Part shown: piece by piece, positions 49,175 to 61,385 of the stretch
Layout: each line of letters begins with the position of its first letter
How positions within the stretch are numbered: the first letter of the stretch is position 1
From: an uncultured delta proteobacterium
Lineage (GTDB): Bacteria > Desulfobacterota > Binatia > UBA9968
Length of the DNA: 64,000 nucleotides
Reading direction: 5' to 3'
Assembly: GCA_963728565.1 (NCBI GenBank)
Contig: CAVSLC010000010.1
Location: forward strand, 160,001 to 224,000
Notes under the pieces: model-generated
The model's database searches: none
Seen by the model: only the letters and a program-made list of their open reading frames with translations
What the model was told of the DNA's origin: nothing
Position numbers and translations under genes: made by a program

Positions 49175-49425
49175 TGTTTTTGCCCGCCGTAGATGATGAA
49201 TCCCGGATTGTTCATATCGTAACTCGCGATAGATCAGCCGTTTGCCAATATGCCCAACTTAGCCGCCCAAGTCGACCGATTTGGCTCGATTATCGCGGGT
49301 GAATCGTTTATGTCCGCCGCGGGAGGATGCTTTGCGACACGGCGATTTTGCCAGTTGATCGGAAACCATCCGGCTTGCCAGCGCAGTCGAGAGAAGCTTG
49401 ACGTTATCGTGACGGTGGAGAGTAA

Positions 49426-52074
49426 CTACTCCATCGATTCGCCATATTGTTGAATCAGCTTTGCCACCAGGGCGGTCCAGCCGGTCTGATGGCTGGCGCC
49501 GATGCCCGCGCCGTTATCGCCGTGGAAATACTCGTTGAAAGGAATCAAGTCGCGCCAGTAAGGATCGCTTTGGAACTTCTCGCTACCGCCGAAGACCGGC
49601 CGTCGCCCATTCCGGTCGCGGGTAAAGATGCGGGTCAGCCGTTGCGAAATCTCTCCTGCGACTTGCCAGAGATTGGCTGTCTGACCGGAGCCGGTCGGGC
49701 ACTCTACCTTGTAGCTATCGCCGAGAAAGAAATGAAATTTCTGGAGCGATTCGATAAGCAGGAAATTTACTGGAAACCAGATCGGCCCGCGCCAGTTGGA
49801 ATTGCCGCCGAAAAGACCGGTGCTCGATTCCGCCGGCTCGTAATCGACCCGATACTCCGTGCCATCGACTTTGAGCGTGTACGGGTGATCGCGGTGGTAC
49901 CTCGACAGCGCGCGGATGCCATAGGGAGACAAGAACTCATTCTCGTCGAGCATGTATCGCAGCACGCGTTTCAAGCGATGGCGGTTGACCAGCGATAAGA
50001 AGCGTTGCGGACCTTCGTCGGTGGATTGCGTTTCGATGTGTTCGCTCAAGCCGGGGCGATTCTCGATGAACCATTGCAGGCGTCTCTTAAAGCCCGGCAG
50101 AGCATCGACGATCGCCGGGTCCAGAGTTTCGACCGCGTAGAGCGGGATCAGCCCGACCATCGACCGGACCTTCATTGGCAGACGCTCGCCGCTGGTCATG
50201 TTCAAGACATCGTAGTAGAAACCGTCTTCGACGTTCCACAGTTTGATCCCGGCGCCGCCAAGATTGTTTATCGCCTCGCAAATATAAACGAAGTGCTCGA
50301 AGAACTTGCTCGCCACGTCTTCATAGACAGTATTCTCGCGCGCCAGTTCCAGCGCAATCGCCAGCATGTTGAGGCAGTACATGCCCATCCAGCTGGTTGC
50401 GTCCGATTGCTCGATATACCCGCCGGTCGGCAGCGGCGCGCTGCGGTCGAATACGCCGATATTGTCCAGACCTAAAAAGCCGCCCTGGAAAATGTTTCTG
50501 CCCTCGGCATCTTTGCGGTTGACCCACCAGGTGAAATTCAACAGCAGTTTTTGGAAGATTCGCTCGAGGAATTTTCGGTCGCCCACGCCGCGGCGCTTTT
50601 TTTCCACCTTATACACCCGCCACGCTGCCCACGCATGCACCGGCGGGTTGACGTCGCCGAACGCCCACTCGTATGCGGGTAGCTGACCGTTGGGATGCAT
50701 GTACCACTCCCGCGTCATGAGCAACAGCTGTTCCTTGGCGAAATCCGCATCGACCAAGGCCAGCGCAACGCAATGAAAGGCGAGATCCCAGGCGGCATAC
50801 CACGGGTATTCCCATTTGTCCGGCATCGAGATCACGTCGGCATTGTAAAGATGCCGCCAGTCCGAATTCCGGCCCTTGAGACGCTGGCGCGGCGGCTCGG
50901 GCCCGGATGGGTCGCCTTTGAGCCAGCGATCGACGTCGTAATGATAAAATTGCTTGCTCCAGAGCAGACCGGCCAATGCCTGACGCATAATATTGCGGCA
51001 GTCCCGGCTGGTATTCTGCGGAATGACCGATCGATAGAACTCCTCCGCTTCGTCGCGGCGTTGCGCCACGAGCTGATCGAACTTTCCATCGAGCGCCTCA
51101 CTCGACATCGGCGCAAGATTGCTGAAACGGAGCCGAGCCGTGAAGGTTGCGCCTGGCTGCAATACCGCCGAATAATGCACCGCCGCTTTAGTTCCCGAAG
51201 CGTCGGGATTTACGCTGTTCAAAGCTTTGTGAATCAAGTAGTCGTTGATGCCGTCTTTTACGAAGCGAGTGGCGTTCTCGGCATTGAACAAGCGGCTGTG
51301 ATTGGTTTCATTCTCGGTGAACAGCAACTCGGGATTTTTCTCGCAGTAAAGCCAGCGCTTGCCGTAATAATAATGATTGAGATTGATAGCCGCGATTTCC
51401 GTGGTCGCATCGCGACGCAGGCGAGGCCTGCGTGCGTCGAGTCCCCACGCCCAGGTATTGCGAAACCAAATGGTTGGGAGTAGGTGCAGCGGCACAGACT
51501 CGGGTCCGCGGTTGATCGCCTCGATGCGAACTAAAACGTCATCCGGCGCCGCCTTGGCATATTCGACGAACACGTCGAAGTAGCGGTTTTCGTCGAAGGC
51601 TCCGGTATCGACAAGCTCGAATTCCATGTCTCGCTTGGTCCGCCTGCGGCTTTCCTCTACCAGTTGCGCATAGGGAAACTCGCACTGCGGGTACTTGTAG
51701 AGAAACTTCATGTACGAGTGGGTCGGCGTCGAATCGAGATGAAAATAATATTCCTTGACGTCTTCGCCGTGATTGCCTTGATTGCCAGTCAGCCCAAAGA
51801 GCCGTTCCTTGAGAATCGGATCTTGGCCATTCCAGAGAGCCAAAGCGAAGCAGATGTATTGATGGCGATCGGAGACGCCGCCAATGCCGTCTTCGCCCCA
51901 GCGGTAGGCGCGGCTGCGGGCGTGATCGTGCGGCAAATACTCCCAGCTGTTACCGTCAGGGCTGTAGTCCTCGCGCACCGTGCCCCACTGGCGGTCGGCT
52001 AGATAAGGTCCCCAGCGTTTCCAGTTCGCCTTGCGCCGGCGATCTTCCTCGAGTCTTTCTTCTTCCTTGGTCAC
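49426..52074 (-). CDS. GH63/MGH1-like glycoside hydrolase (glucosidase)
   Basis: [70 protein letters not shown]. Confidence 0.92.
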   Translation of the reverse strand: MTKEEERLEEDRRRKANWKRWGPYLADRQWGTVREDYSPDGNSWEYLPHDHARSRAYRWGEDGIGGVSDRHQYICFALALWNGQDPILKERLFGLTGNQGNHGEDVKEYYFHLDSTPTHSYMKFLYKYPQCEFPYAQLVEESRRRTKRDMEFELVDTGAFDENRYFDVFVEYAKAAPDDVLVRIEAINRGPESVPLHLLPTIWFRNTWAWGLDARRPRLRRDATTEIAAINLNHYYYGKRWLYCEKNPELLFTENETNHSRLFNAENATRFVKDGINDYLIHKALNSVNPDASGTKAAVHYSAVLQPGATFTARLRFSNLAPMSSEALDGKFDQLVAQRRDEAEEFYRSVIPQNTSRDCRNIMRQALAGLLWSKQFYHYDVDRWLKGDPSGPEPPRQRLKGRNSDWRHLYNADVISMPDKWEYPWYAAWDLAFHCVALALVDADFAKEQLLLMTREWYMHPNGQLPAYEWAFGDVNPPVHAWAAWRVYKVEKKRRGVGDRKFLERIFQKLLLNFTWWVNRKDAEGRNIFQGGFLGLDNIGVFDRSAPLPTGGYIEQSDATSWMGMYCLNMLAIALELARENTVYEDVASKFFEHFVYICEAINNLGGAGIKLWNVEDGFYYDVLNMTSGERLPMKVRSMVGLIPLYAVETLDPAIVDALPGFKRRLQWFIENRPGLSEHIETQSTDEGPQRFLSLVNRHRLKRVLRYMLDENEFLSPYGIRALSRYHRDHPYTLKVDGTEYRVDYEPAESSTGLFGGNSNWRGPIWFPVNFLLIESLQKFHFFLGDSYKVECPTGSGQTANLWQVAGEISQRLTRIFTRDRNGRRPVFGGSEKFQSDPYWRDLIPFNEYFHGDNGAGIGASHQTGWTALVAKLIQQYGESME

Positions 52075-52205
52075 TCTACGTTCCTTGGCAGGTTGCCGGA
52101 GATCGGATTAAACGTGCAAGAATTCTATTTCATGGTTCGCTTCAAAAATCGCAATGCCTGACCCCGTGCTTTCCATTCTATTGCATCGTCCACGATTTTT
52201 CATTC

Positions 52206-52426
52206 GTTAGCCCCAATCCGGCAATAGCTCACGTCACGAGTCGGTCAGCGACGCCAGCGAGTCTGGAAACCGTGGGCACGTAAACGTACAGGTTGTCTGC
52301 AGGCCGGCGCCATCGGTAACATCATCCTTGGTGTTTTGGGGAGTGGCCCTCAAGGCACTGCCCCATTGCCCACGGTGGTAGGGCTCGCGGGCCGAGCCGG
52401 GTCTGAAAAATGTCGGATTTGGTTAG
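52206..52426. repeat. Structured intergenic repeat family B, copy 2
   Basis: TAGCCCCAATCCGG...CCGTGGGCA...AAGGCACTGCCCCATTGCCCACGG..GGGCTCGC...TCGGATTTGGTTAG; reverse-complement homolog of 24625-24835. Confidence 0.7.
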
Positions 52427-52664
52427 ATGCTAGTTGAAGCCATTCGACCCGACAGTGGCTGCTTCTCGGATGCAAGAACCAGCCGATCTAATCGCTGTTC
52501 CTCAGGGACCAGGCTTGAACATGCGCTTTGCAGTTGGCGTCCAGTGCGCTGCTCTTTGGATCATTGCGGAAGGTCATGGGACTATGCTCAACGATGGGCT
52601 CTTTGCCAGTTGCGCGAGCAGGATTGAACGCCGCGCGGTCATCGACTCTGAATTCGCTGAAACC

Positions 52665-53216
52665 TCAGAGGGTCCTTGGCGGGAAATTGATTGGCGAGAG
52701 CTCGACATCGATATTTTCTTGTCTCTGTATCTCGAAGAAACGTTCACGCAACGAATTGATATTCACTTTCGCCGGCACTGAAATATTTGCTTCAAGTCGG
52801 AAGATCGGCGTGCCGCTGTCCGGAGCTGCATACGTCTTGGTCTCCATCGATTCGATGTTGACTCCCAGAGCGCTCAACACGCCGCTCAACTGATAAACGA
52901 TGCCCGGATGATCCATGCATGACGCAGTCAGGCGATAGGGGAGATAAGATTCTGCGGTCTTGCGTTTGGACGGGGTTTTGATGGAAATCGTCAGAGCGGT
53001 CTGCGCTTCGAGGGCCCGGTGATCATTGGCAATCTTAAAGAGACTGCCGCTGTCGCCGGTGAGCAAAAGAATTACGGCAAATTCGCCGCAGAAAACAGCC
53101 ATCTTGCTATCTTCGATGTTGCAGCCGTGGCTCGAGATGAATTCCGAAAGCTTTTCGACGAGACCCACCTGATCGGGTCCCACCGCCGTCAGGATAAGAT
53201 GATCTTTTTCAGCCAT
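52665..53216 (-). CDS. gcvR: GcvR-like ACT-domain protein (glycine cleavage repressor)
   Basis: LILTAVGPDQVGLV..GCNIEDSKM...EFAVI; DHPGIV..VNIESM. Confidence 0.85.
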   Translation of the reverse strand: MAEKDHLILTAVGPDQVGLVEKLSEFISSHGCNIEDSKMAVFCGEFAVILLLTGDSGSLFKIANDHRALEAQTALTISIKTPSKRKTAESYLPYRLTASCMDHPGIVYQLSGVLSALGVNIESMETKTYAAPDSGTPIFRLEANISVPAKVNINSLRERFFEIQRQENIDVELSPINFPPRTL

Positions 53217-53231
53217 AGACACTCTGTTTAA

Positions 53232-54524
53232 TCACGCCAAGAAGAAACCGTTAATGATGGCATCGTGCCACAGTTTCGCCACCGGCGTGGCAATGCCCTG
53301 CGGCAGTTCGGGCTCCGTTTGAGACCAGGTATGTACTCCCGCGCCGATGGAGACGCAACGAACTTTCGGAGGGGGATTCAGCTTGGCAAACAGCGACAGA
53401 GCCTTGTCACAGCGGGACAAGGTGACGGTATCGTCGTTAATCCCGTGAAGCGAGAGGAAAGGCGGCACAGGTTTGACTCCGGGACCGGATAACTCTCGGG
53501 TGTAGCCCCAATACCGTTGCGCTAGGCGCTCACTATCTGTGGCCGACAAATTCAACCGCGCCGCGGCAGCGCGGGCGGCTGCCTCCAGGGCCTTCACCGA
53601 ATTCTTGTGGACGAAGTCTTCAGCTTTAAAGTTCGGCCGTTTCTTGTTTTTCTCCCAGCGCTCGAAGGTGAGCTCGATCAGCATCGGCAAGCCGATCCCT
53701 TTGTCTTTCATACCTTCGTAGAGGTACCGGGCTGTATCGCGCCAGGTGCGAAGCCGCAGCCGATTAAACGGGAATTCCCAGTTGTCGCCGCTGACCTGTG
53801 GGTACATGTAACCGAATGGGGAAGTGCCGTAACCGATGACGCCGACGACATTGGCGATGCGTTGCGTTGCCATCATGGCAAACGGCCCTCCGGTGGAATG
53901 GCCGTGCATATAGATCGAGAACCGGCCTTGCGGTAGGTGGCGTCTGGCGGTTGCTTGGATCGCTTCCTCGAACGCCACTGGCCAAGCCGCCATACGGTGA
54001 TAAAATTCTGTGCCTTGCCTGGCCGAGAGCGAGATCAAAGTTCCGTAGCTTTCGCGCTTGGAACCATCTTGCACGATCTCGTACTGGTCTCTGGTTATGT
54101 TAGTTTCTTTACTCCACAGCGGCGTGCGTGCCGACCCATCTGAACGTTCGACATCGCCGGGCCAGTCCCTGCTTGGATCGAGCAGGTAGAACCTGCCGGG
54201 AAAAGTCATGCTGGCGACTTTGATGCCGAACTTCTGCGCCAGTATTCGAGCGATGCCGTCGACCGATTTATAATCCGACACGCCGCCGTGAAGGAGGAGG
54301 ACGCCGATACGATTGCCGTCGGGCCCGAATGGAATTTTCGTAGCATCGGAGGGCTGGTAAACAACCACCCCGATATCCCATGCCATTTCCAAGGCATCAA
54401 TGCGGAAGACGTCCTCGCGGACGTTTAACGAGAGATCCGGCATTGCCGCGACCTCATGATGAAGCTGTAGAACTTCTTCGCGGGAGACGACGGAAGCTGG
54501 TTCCCAAATTGAATGGATCGACAT
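53232..54524 (-). CDS. Hypothetical alpha/beta-hydrolase
   Basis: LLHGG oxyanion motif, GHSTGG nucleophile elbow, HG.NDD, GVH. Confidence 0.65.
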   Translation of the reverse strand: MSIHSIWEPASVVSREEVLQLHHEVAAMPDLSLNVREDVFRIDALEMAWDIGVVVYQPSDATKIPFGPDGNRIGVLLLHGGVSDYKSVDGIARILAQKFGIKVASMTFPGRFYLLDPSRDWPGDVERSDGSARTPLWSKETNITRDQYEIVQDGSKRESYGTLISLSARQGTEFYHRMAAWPVAFEEAIQATARRHLPQGRFSIYMHGHSTGGPFAMMATQRIANVVGVIGYGTSPFGYMYPQVSGDNWEFPFNRLRLRTWRDTARYLYEGMKDKGIGLPMLIELTFERWEKNKKRPNFKAEDFVHKNSVKALEAAARAAAARLNLSATDSERLAQRYWGYTRELSGPGVKPVPPFLSLHGINDDTVTLSRCDKALSLFAKLNPPPKVRCVSIGAGVHTWSQTEPELPQGIATPVAKLWHDAIINGFFLA

Positions 54525-54586
54525 GATCGAATGTTCTTTGCGGTGAGCGTGACGAGTTTAAGACTAAGCGAAACCCAACAACCGTG

Positions 54587-56488
54587 TCAATGCAGAGCGG
54601 CGGAAACGTCGTCCAGCACGCGGCCGCTTGAGTTCTTTGGAGCAGGAAAACCAAGCAACCCTGAAATGGTTGGGGCGAAATCGATAATGCGGACGTTTTG
54701 CAGCCGGCGTCCCGCGGCGATTCCCGGGCCTTGAAAGAGCATGAGAGTGCGCATCGAACTTTGCTCCGGACTGGCTCCATGGCTTCCGTAAGGTTCGACT
54801 TGCGTGATCACCGGCTCCGGAGTCGTCCGTGGATCAAAATCGTAGCCGGGGACGAGCTCGATGTAGACGTCCCCGCCCGAAGGACCGCCAATGCCCATTT
54901 CTGCGCCGTGGGTTTCGGCATCATATACGTTTTTGATCACCGGTTGGTCGCCATCGCGCACCCCGCTGAGCAGCTCACCTACCTGGCGCGCGAGTTCTTT
55001 ACGTTCTTCGGCAGCGACGATACCGTTTTTGCGATCCATCGAGTTGATCAGCAAGTAACCATTGTTGATCGAGGGATAGAGAACTTTCGTCTTGGACAGA
55101 TCGATCCTGCCTTGTGCATCGATTGCCAACAGCCCTTTCTGTTGCAGCAGCCGATTGATCGCGAAACGTTTATTCGCCCCTTGCATGCCGTGATCGGAAA
55201 TCACCGCGACGATCGTGTCCGCAGAGCGATCGGCCAAGAGAAGACCCAAATGATCATCGGAGGTTTTGTAAACCTGCTCCAAGAACGGGCGGAGCCGATC
55301 GGCGACCTCTTCACGGTAAGTCGAGAGCCCGGGATCCAGATAGCCGCGCCAGAGGTGCTCGCTCTCATCCGGAAACGGGGTGTAGGCAAAGAACAGGTCC
55401 CAGGGAAGATGCGCCAATGCCCAGCGGTTGGTTTCCATAAGCTGATGCTGCGCGAACCTCACAGTCTCGAGATATCTCGCTTCGGCGCCGCCGCTGCCGC
55501 CGCTGGGGATCGTTCGACCGAAGCTTCCCTGCTGATAGAGAATGCCCGCGCCGTTGCCAATGAATGAACGTACCGTGTCTCCGGCGCCCTCCAGCGCATC
55601 TTCGGGAATCACCATGGCGCGGGCGGGTCGGGTGAAGTAAAGAAAAAAATCGCTGCCATCGCCTCTGAGCTCGAACAGCCTGAAATAAACACTGGCGCTA
55701 CGCTCCCCGGTGGTTTTGACTTCCACCGGGCCGCTCCAGAAGAGCTCCCCTGCGGCCCCGGCAGGGATGCTTTTGAGCTTTACTTCAATGTCTTCGGCGT
55801 TGCGGCTGCGGGTGAGAAGCAAGGTGTCGTAGCCAATCTGTTCGTCTGCCGGATCATCGACGAGCAGACCGAAAAACTTGGAAGCGGCGACGGCGAAACT
55901 GATTTCGAGCGCCGGCGCATCGCTGGCCGGGAGCTTGTCCCAAGAAGCAGCCGGCTGCGGCGTGCTCAGCCGCGGCGTGACAACACCATCCCGTCCGGTA
56001 ATCATGTCGTAGCCGTAGAGTCGCACGGTACCCTCCGAATTTTCTGCCGCAAAGGAGGGGATATGGGAGATCACCACCTTTTTACCGGCGCGTCGGGCCG
56101 CGGCCCATATGGACTCCGCGAGCAAAGGCGCCGCCGAAAACCCAGCCATGCTGTCAAGAATCGTGTGCTCGGCGCGGGGCTCGCGCGGCACTCGATTGCC
56201 GCTAATGCCGGTTACGCGCGGTGGCGCGCCGGTCATCAGCGAGGCAAAGCCGGGCGCCGTCTTCGACGGAAATCCGGGCCTCACATCATCGGCAAAAGCA
56301 CCGCCGGCAATGAGCTTTGTCAGATTGGGCAGCTTTCCTTGGCGAGTCAATTCATCGACAAAGGTTGAAACCGTGCCGTCCCATGCAAGTACGATCGCTT
56401 TCGTGGTCTGGCCTTGAGTCGCGCCGGGAATGGCAGCGGCGCAGATGGCACACGCTAAGAATGCGATTTTACGAAGACAATTACGCAT
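54587..56488 (-). CDS. Secreted alkaline-phosphatase/nucleotide-pyrophosphatase family protein
   Basis: LAWDG, FPSKTAPGFASLMTG, D..EH, SDHG, GSHG, IIDFAPTI. Confidence 0.85.
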   Translation of the reverse strand: MRNCLRKIAFLACAICAAAIPGATQGQTTKAIVLAWDGTVSTFVDELTRQGKLPNLTKLIAGGAFADDVRPGFPSKTAPGFASLMTGAPPRVTGISGNRVPREPRAEHTILDSMAGFSAAPLLAESIWAAARRAGKKVVISHIPSFAAENSEGTVRLYGYDMITGRDGVVTPRLSTPQPAASWDKLPASDAPALEISFAVAASKFFGLLVDDPADEQIGYDTLLLTRSRNAEDIEVKLKSIPAGAAGELFWSGPVEVKTTGERSASVYFRLFELRGDGSDFFLYFTRPARAMVIPEDALEGAGDTVRSFIGNGAGILYQQGSFGRTIPSGGSGGAEARYLETVRFAQHQLMETNRWALAHLPWDLFFAYTPFPDESEHLWRGYLDPGLSTYREEVADRLRPFLEQVYKTSDDHLGLLLADRSADTIVAVISDHGMQGANKRFAINRLLQQKGLLAIDAQGRIDLSKTKVLYPSINNGYLLINSMDRKNGIVAAEERKELARQVGELLSGVRDGDQPVIKNVYDAETHGAEMGIGGPSGGDVYIELVPGYDFDPRTTPEPVITQVEPYGSHGASPEQSSMRTLMLFQGPGIAAGRRLQNVRIIDFAPTISGLLGFPAPKNSSGRVLDDVSAALH

Positions 56489-56654
56489 AGAAATGACGAG
56501 AGTAGCCGATGTGAAAACAAGCTGTCAATTGATGCCTGCTAGGAGAGACTGGCGGCCGGTTGCGGCTGCCGCGATTATTTCATAATCAATGCTGATACCT
56601 CCCGTGGGATGTTCATTCTTTTGCGGAAGCCCCGGGAGTCCGGAAAGGCAATCA

Positions 56655-58685
56655 ATGGCGAAAAAAATTCCCGCCGAGTTTCAAAAACACGGCCACTTGC
56701 GTGTCGACGATTACTATTGGCTGAAAGACCGGGATAATCCCGACGTGATCGCTTACCTTAAAGCCGAGAACGAGTATTCCGATCGTATAATGGCTCATAC
56801 CAAGGCACTGGAGGAAAAGATCTTCGAAGAAATAAAATCCCGGATTGCCCAAACCGACATGTCGGTGCCCTACAAACGTGACGGTTATTTCTATTACACC
56901 CGTTACGAACAGGGTAAAGAGTATCCTATTTTCGCGCGCAGGAAAGGTTCGCTGGATCAGCCGGAAGAGATTATGCTCGATGCCAACGTGCTGGCGCAGG
57001 GCCATGAATTTTTTTCCATCGGCGGGTGGGCCCTCAGCGCCGATCAAAATCTGATGGCGTATGCGGTGGATACGCAAGGCCGAAGGATTTTTACGATCTA
57101 CATCAAGAATCTCATGACCGGGGAACTGTTGCCGGACGTCATCGCCGACGTCACGGAAAATCTCACCTGGGCCGACGATAATTCGACGCTTTTTTATGCC
57201 AGGCAGGAACTAAAAACCTTGCGCGCGTACCAGATTTACCGCCACAGGCTCGGAACCTCCGCGGATACCGATCAGCTGGTGTTTGAGGAATCCGATGAAA
57301 CTTATGTGGCCTATGTCTACAAGACTAAATCGAAAAAGTATCTCATGATCGTTTCGGCACAAACGCTCAGCCAGGAATATCGTTATCTTGAGGCTCAAGA
57401 TCCGTTTGGCGAATTCAAGATCTTTTTACCGCGGCAGCGCGAACACGAATATTCAATCGATCACTTCGGCGATCGCTTCCTGATACGCACCAATGATCAG
57501 GCGAAAAATTTTCGCCTGATGGTCACGCCGGTGGAAAAAATCGCCAAGGAGCATTGGCAGGAAATCGTTCCAAACCGGCAAGATGTCTATCTCGGCGACT
57601 TCGAGATTTTCAAGGACTATCTGGTTTTGGAGGAGCGTAATCGAGGTCTTACCCAGATCCGGGTGATACCCTGGTCGGGCGGACAAGGCTACTATCTTCC
57701 GTTCGATGAGCCGGCGTATCGCGCCAATATTGGAGTTAATCCGGAGTTTGATACAACCATTCTGCGCTACGAGTACACGTCGATGAAGACGCCGTTGTCG
57801 ATTTATGATTACGACATGGTGACGCACGAACGGACATTGTTGAAACAAGAACAAGTGTTGGGCGGTTTCAAGTCAAGTGATTATGATTCGGAGCGGCTGC
57901 ATGCAACCGCTCCGGACGGCGTTGAGGTGCCGATTTCTCTGGTCTACCGCAAGGGATTGAAGCGGGACGGTGAGAATCCGCTGCTCCTCTACGGTTACGG
58001 CTCCTACGGCGCCAGTATCGATCCGGCATTTTCTTCGCCGCGCTTGAGCCTGATCGATCGCGGATTTATTTTCGCCATCGCCCACATCCGCGGCGGTCAA
58101 GAGCTGGAGCGGCAGTGGTATGATGACGGCAGGCTTTTGAAAAAGAAAAATACCTTTACCGACTTCATTGCGTGCGCCGAATATCTCATCCGCGAAAAAT
58201 TCACCCGTCCGGAAAAGCTGTTCGCCATGGGCCGCAGCGCCGGCGGCCTGCTGATGGGAGCAGTCGCCAACATGCGGCCGGATCTATTCAAGGGAATTGT
58301 TGCCGAGGTGCCATTTGTCGATGTGATCACAACGATGCTCGATCCCAGTATTCCGCTGACCACGGGAGAATACGACGAATGGGGTGATCCTAATCAAAAG
58401 GATGTTTATCAATACATGCTTTCGTACTCGCCGTACGACAATGTGGAGACTAAGCAGTATCCCAACCTGTTAGCCACCGGCGGCTTACACGATTCCCAAG
58501 TGCAGTATTGGGAGCCGGCGAAATGGGTGGCCAAGCTCCGGGATCTAAAGACCGACAACAACCGGGTGCTGCTCAAGACCAATATGGAGGCCGGTCACGG
58601 CGGCTCGAGCGGGCGATTTCGGCGCCATCGCGAGACCGCGTTTTCCTATGCCTTTATCCTCGACTTGGTCGGGATTAAAGAGTAG
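56655..58685 (+). CDS. ptrB: Oligopeptidase B (S9A)
   Basis: DDYYWL, YGYGSYG, HIRGG, KKNTFTDF, GRSAGGLL, DSQVQYWEPAKW, AGHGG. Confidence 0.95.
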   Translation: MAKKIPAEFQKHGHLRVDDYYWLKDRDNPDVIAYLKAENEYSDRIMAHTKALEEKIFEEIKSRIAQTDMSVPYKRDGYFYYTRYEQGKEYPIFARRKGSLDQPEEIMLDANVLAQGHEFFSIGGWALSADQNLMAYAVDTQGRRIFTIYIKNLMTGELLPDVIADVTENLTWADDNSTLFYARQELKTLRAYQIYRHRLGTSADTDQLVFEESDETYVAYVYKTKSKKYLMIVSAQTLSQEYRYLEAQDPFGEFKIFLPRQREHEYSIDHFGDRFLIRTNDQAKNFRLMVTPVEKIAKEHWQEIVPNRQDVYLGDFEIFKDYLVLEERNRGLTQIRVIPWSGGQGYYLPFDEPAYRANIGVNPEFDTTILRYEYTSMKTPLSIYDYDMVTHERTLLKQEQVLGGFKSSDYDSERLHATAPDGVEVPISLVYRKGLKRDGENPLLLYGYGSYGASIDPAFSSPRLSLIDRGFIFAIAHIRGGQELERQWYDDGRLLKKKNTFTDFIACAEYLIREKFTRPEKLFAMGRSAGGLLMGAVANMRPDLFKGIVAEVPFVDVITTMLDPSIPLTTGEYDEWGDPNQKDVYQYMLSYSPYDNVETKQYPNLLATGGLHDSQVQYWEPAKWVAKLRDLKTDNNRVLLKTNMEAGHGGSSGRFRRHRETAFSYAFILDLVGIKE

Positions 58686-58764
58686 TCGCTTTGGCTCAAT
58701 CAACCAGGATGCCGCAGCGAAAGTAACCACTGCAGCGAAACCGATCGAGCGAAACTAGACACTA

Positions 58765-58914
58765 GCAGGGTGCTAAAAAGCCTCTTGCAGGCTGCTCAAA
58801 AAGATCCAGATGCAAGGCGCTCGAAAAATCGACGAGCGAAGGCGTACTTACAGTACGTTACAGCGAGGCGATTGAGCGGCAACGAAGCGTATGGGTGTTT
58901 TTCAGCCAGCCTGC
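58765..58914. repeat. MITE-like repeat family A, longest copy
   Basis: (CTA)GCAGGGTGCTAAAAAGCCTCTTGCAGGCTGCTCAAAAAGATCCAGA...TTTTTCAGCCAGCCTGC(TAA). Confidence 0.8.
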
Positions 58915-59092
58915 TAAGCACTCTCTTGCTCTCGTCGGCCGATGTCAGTGGGTCTCTCGTGAGGTCAGGAGTCTGCCGTTTATGAACGAAGCCCAATGCG
59001 CTTCGCTTAATGCGCAGCTTGTCTCCGTGAGGTCGTTGGAGTCGAACCTGGCAATACATCACATTCGATCACCACACGAGTGGTAAAAACTT

Positions 59093-60266
59093 TTACGTCG
59101 TGTAGTAGGCGTTTTCTTTGATGTATCCCTCGGTCAGATCGCAACCCCACACACGCGCTGCAGCTTTGCCGAGGCCAAGCTCGACCGAGATCGTGACTTC
59201 GGATTGACCAAGATAGTCGCGCAATCCTTGGAGATCGCAATCCACGGGCGAGCCTTTCTTGAAAACCCTGGTGTCGCCGAAGCGGATTGTAACCTTGGCA
59301 GGATCGATGGCAGTGTCAAAACTTTTGCCAATCGCCATGATCACACGGCCCCAGTTGGGATCGCATCCATAGACAGCCGTTTTGACCAATGGCGAGTTGA
59401 CGATGGACTTCGCTACCAATTTTGCTTGAGCGCCGCTCTTGCGAGCCGGCGACATCGACAATGATAAGTTTGGTTGCGCCTTCACCGTTCCGGGCAATCT
59501 CCCGGGTGAGAAATTCGCAAACATGCGATAGGGCGTCTTCAAAATGCCGCAGATTGACTTTGCCGGCCAATCCGTTTGCCATCAGCACGACCGTATCGCT
59601 GGTGCTGGTGTCGGTATCGATGCTCATGCAATTGAAAGTTCGGTCGACGATGCGGCGCAGCATGGGCCGCATCGTCGATCTCGGCAGCTCCGCGTCGGTC
59701 ATAAGATAGACGAGCATGGTCGCCATATTCGGCTCGATCATGCCGGCGCCTTTGGCGATTCCGGCAATCACTGCCGAACCGACCTGGCAGAAAACGTACT
59801 TCGGATACATATCGGTGGTCATGATGGCTTCGGCGGCCAATTTGAGATTGTTAGGCTTGAGTTCTTTGCCAATGCCTTTCAATCCGGCGCGAATTTTGTC
59901 CATCGGCAGGGGCCGCCCAATGACCCCGGTCGAAAAAGGCAGGACGTCATAGGGACTTATGCCGAGCTCTTTGCCGACGATCCGGCAGGTTTCGATTGCA
60001 TTGGCGACTCCCTGCTTCCCCATGGCCACGTTGGCGTTCTTGCTGTTAATCACCAGCGCCTGGACGAAGCCGGTGGCAATATGCTTCCTGCCGACAATCA
60101 CCGGCGCGCCAGGGAAGCGATTGCGCGTAAACATCGCTGCGGCGCGAGCGCGGACGGTGGAATAAATCACAGTGAGATCCAGCGTATCGTCTTTAATGCC
60201 GACGTTCTTTGCCAAAGAGAGAAATCCTTGGGGATGATTAGATTCTGCGGGCGCGACCTGTTGCAT
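59093..60266 (-). CDS. argJ: Ornithine acetyltransferase/N-acetylglutamate synthase, frameshift near 59445
   Basis: NSKNAN, STGVIG, AIMTTD, KGAGMIEPNMATML, DTSTSD, GEGATK; second frame SPLVKTA..DPNWGR, WGCDLT..YI..NA.Y. Confidence 0.9.
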
Positions 60267-60334
60267 GTGTCGGCGATGACTCCTGAAATGGTGCTTAATG
60301 GATCGAGCGCAAAGACGAGCGTGTCGCTCGCTCT

Positions 60335-61385
60335 TTACTGCACGAAAAGCTTCTTTATCTGTTCGACCACCTCTGGCGGTTGGGTCATGACTTCTTTCGC
60401 TGTTGATTGCAGGTGTTCGCCGCGCAAATGCGTGATCTCGATGCGCAGCTTCTTCGCCTCGGCGAGCAGCTCCGGATCTTTGGCGGCCTTTTCATGGGCG
60501 GCGCGCAGAATGGCGACACGGTCCGCGGGCGTTGCCGGTGGAGCCATCAACGATCGCGCCCATTCGCCTCCCTGGAGCATCGCCTCGGCCACCCGGCGCT
60601 TGGTTGCCGGTGTTTTGTATTCATCCATCAGCTCGTAGACGGTCGGCGCATCGGCAATTCGGCTGTCGCGTTTGCGACCGCTCTGGGCAAGGAATCTGAC
60701 ATACTTGTCCTTGTACCAGGTGCCAAATGGCTCGCGGCCGAAATAGGTGGCGATGGTCAATCCCATACAGGAAACCTCGCCTCTTTCCAGGGCTATCGCA
60801 ATTTCGCTGCTGCCGGGGTAGCCGGTAACATGAGTTACCTTGGCGCCGATGGTGTCCTCCAGCACCTTGGACATCACATAGTCCGAGCTGCCCACGCCGG
60901 TGGAGCCGCATTTCGGTTGTTCTTTGGCTTTGATGATGTCGGCTATCGATTTATAGGGCGCGTCGGCGCGACCGAACAGCATCATGTCATCGTTTTCGAG
61001 AGAGCCGATCCATTGAAATTTTGCCAGATCGAACTGGACTTCTTTTTGTCCCGAGAGCTGGCTCAAGTAAACGTTATTGTGCGGCGCCAGCAAGGTCAGA
61101 CCGTCCGGCTTCGCCACACCCCAGACGTAATTCGCGGCGGTGACGGAGCCTGCGCCGGGCATGTTTTGCACCAGCACCTCCGGATTGCCCGGTATGTACT
61201 TGCCGATGAAGCGAGCGAGCATGCGCGCCGCGCGGTCGTAGCCACCGCCGCTGCTCAGTCCGACGATGATGCGTATTTGTTTTCCTTTGTAATACGGCTC
61301 CTGCGCCGAACCCGAGCCGCGGTCCGGTGAGCATTAACAGAGAGGCGAGAACAAAGATTATAATCACCACACTACGACGCTTCAT
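60335..61385 (-). CDS. Tripartite tricarboxylate transporter (Bug/TctC) substrate-binding protein, frameshift near 61310
   Basis: Signal peptide then, shifted, AQEPYYKGKQIRIIVG..GGGYD; VQNMPGAGS, KPDGLT, GYPGS. Confidence 0.85.

Noticed and set aside
59544-60638. Long antisense ORFs (e.g. 59544-60638, 60407-61330, 54698-55567, 40473-41333)
   Set aside because: Shadow frames opposite well-supported genes in GC-rich DNA
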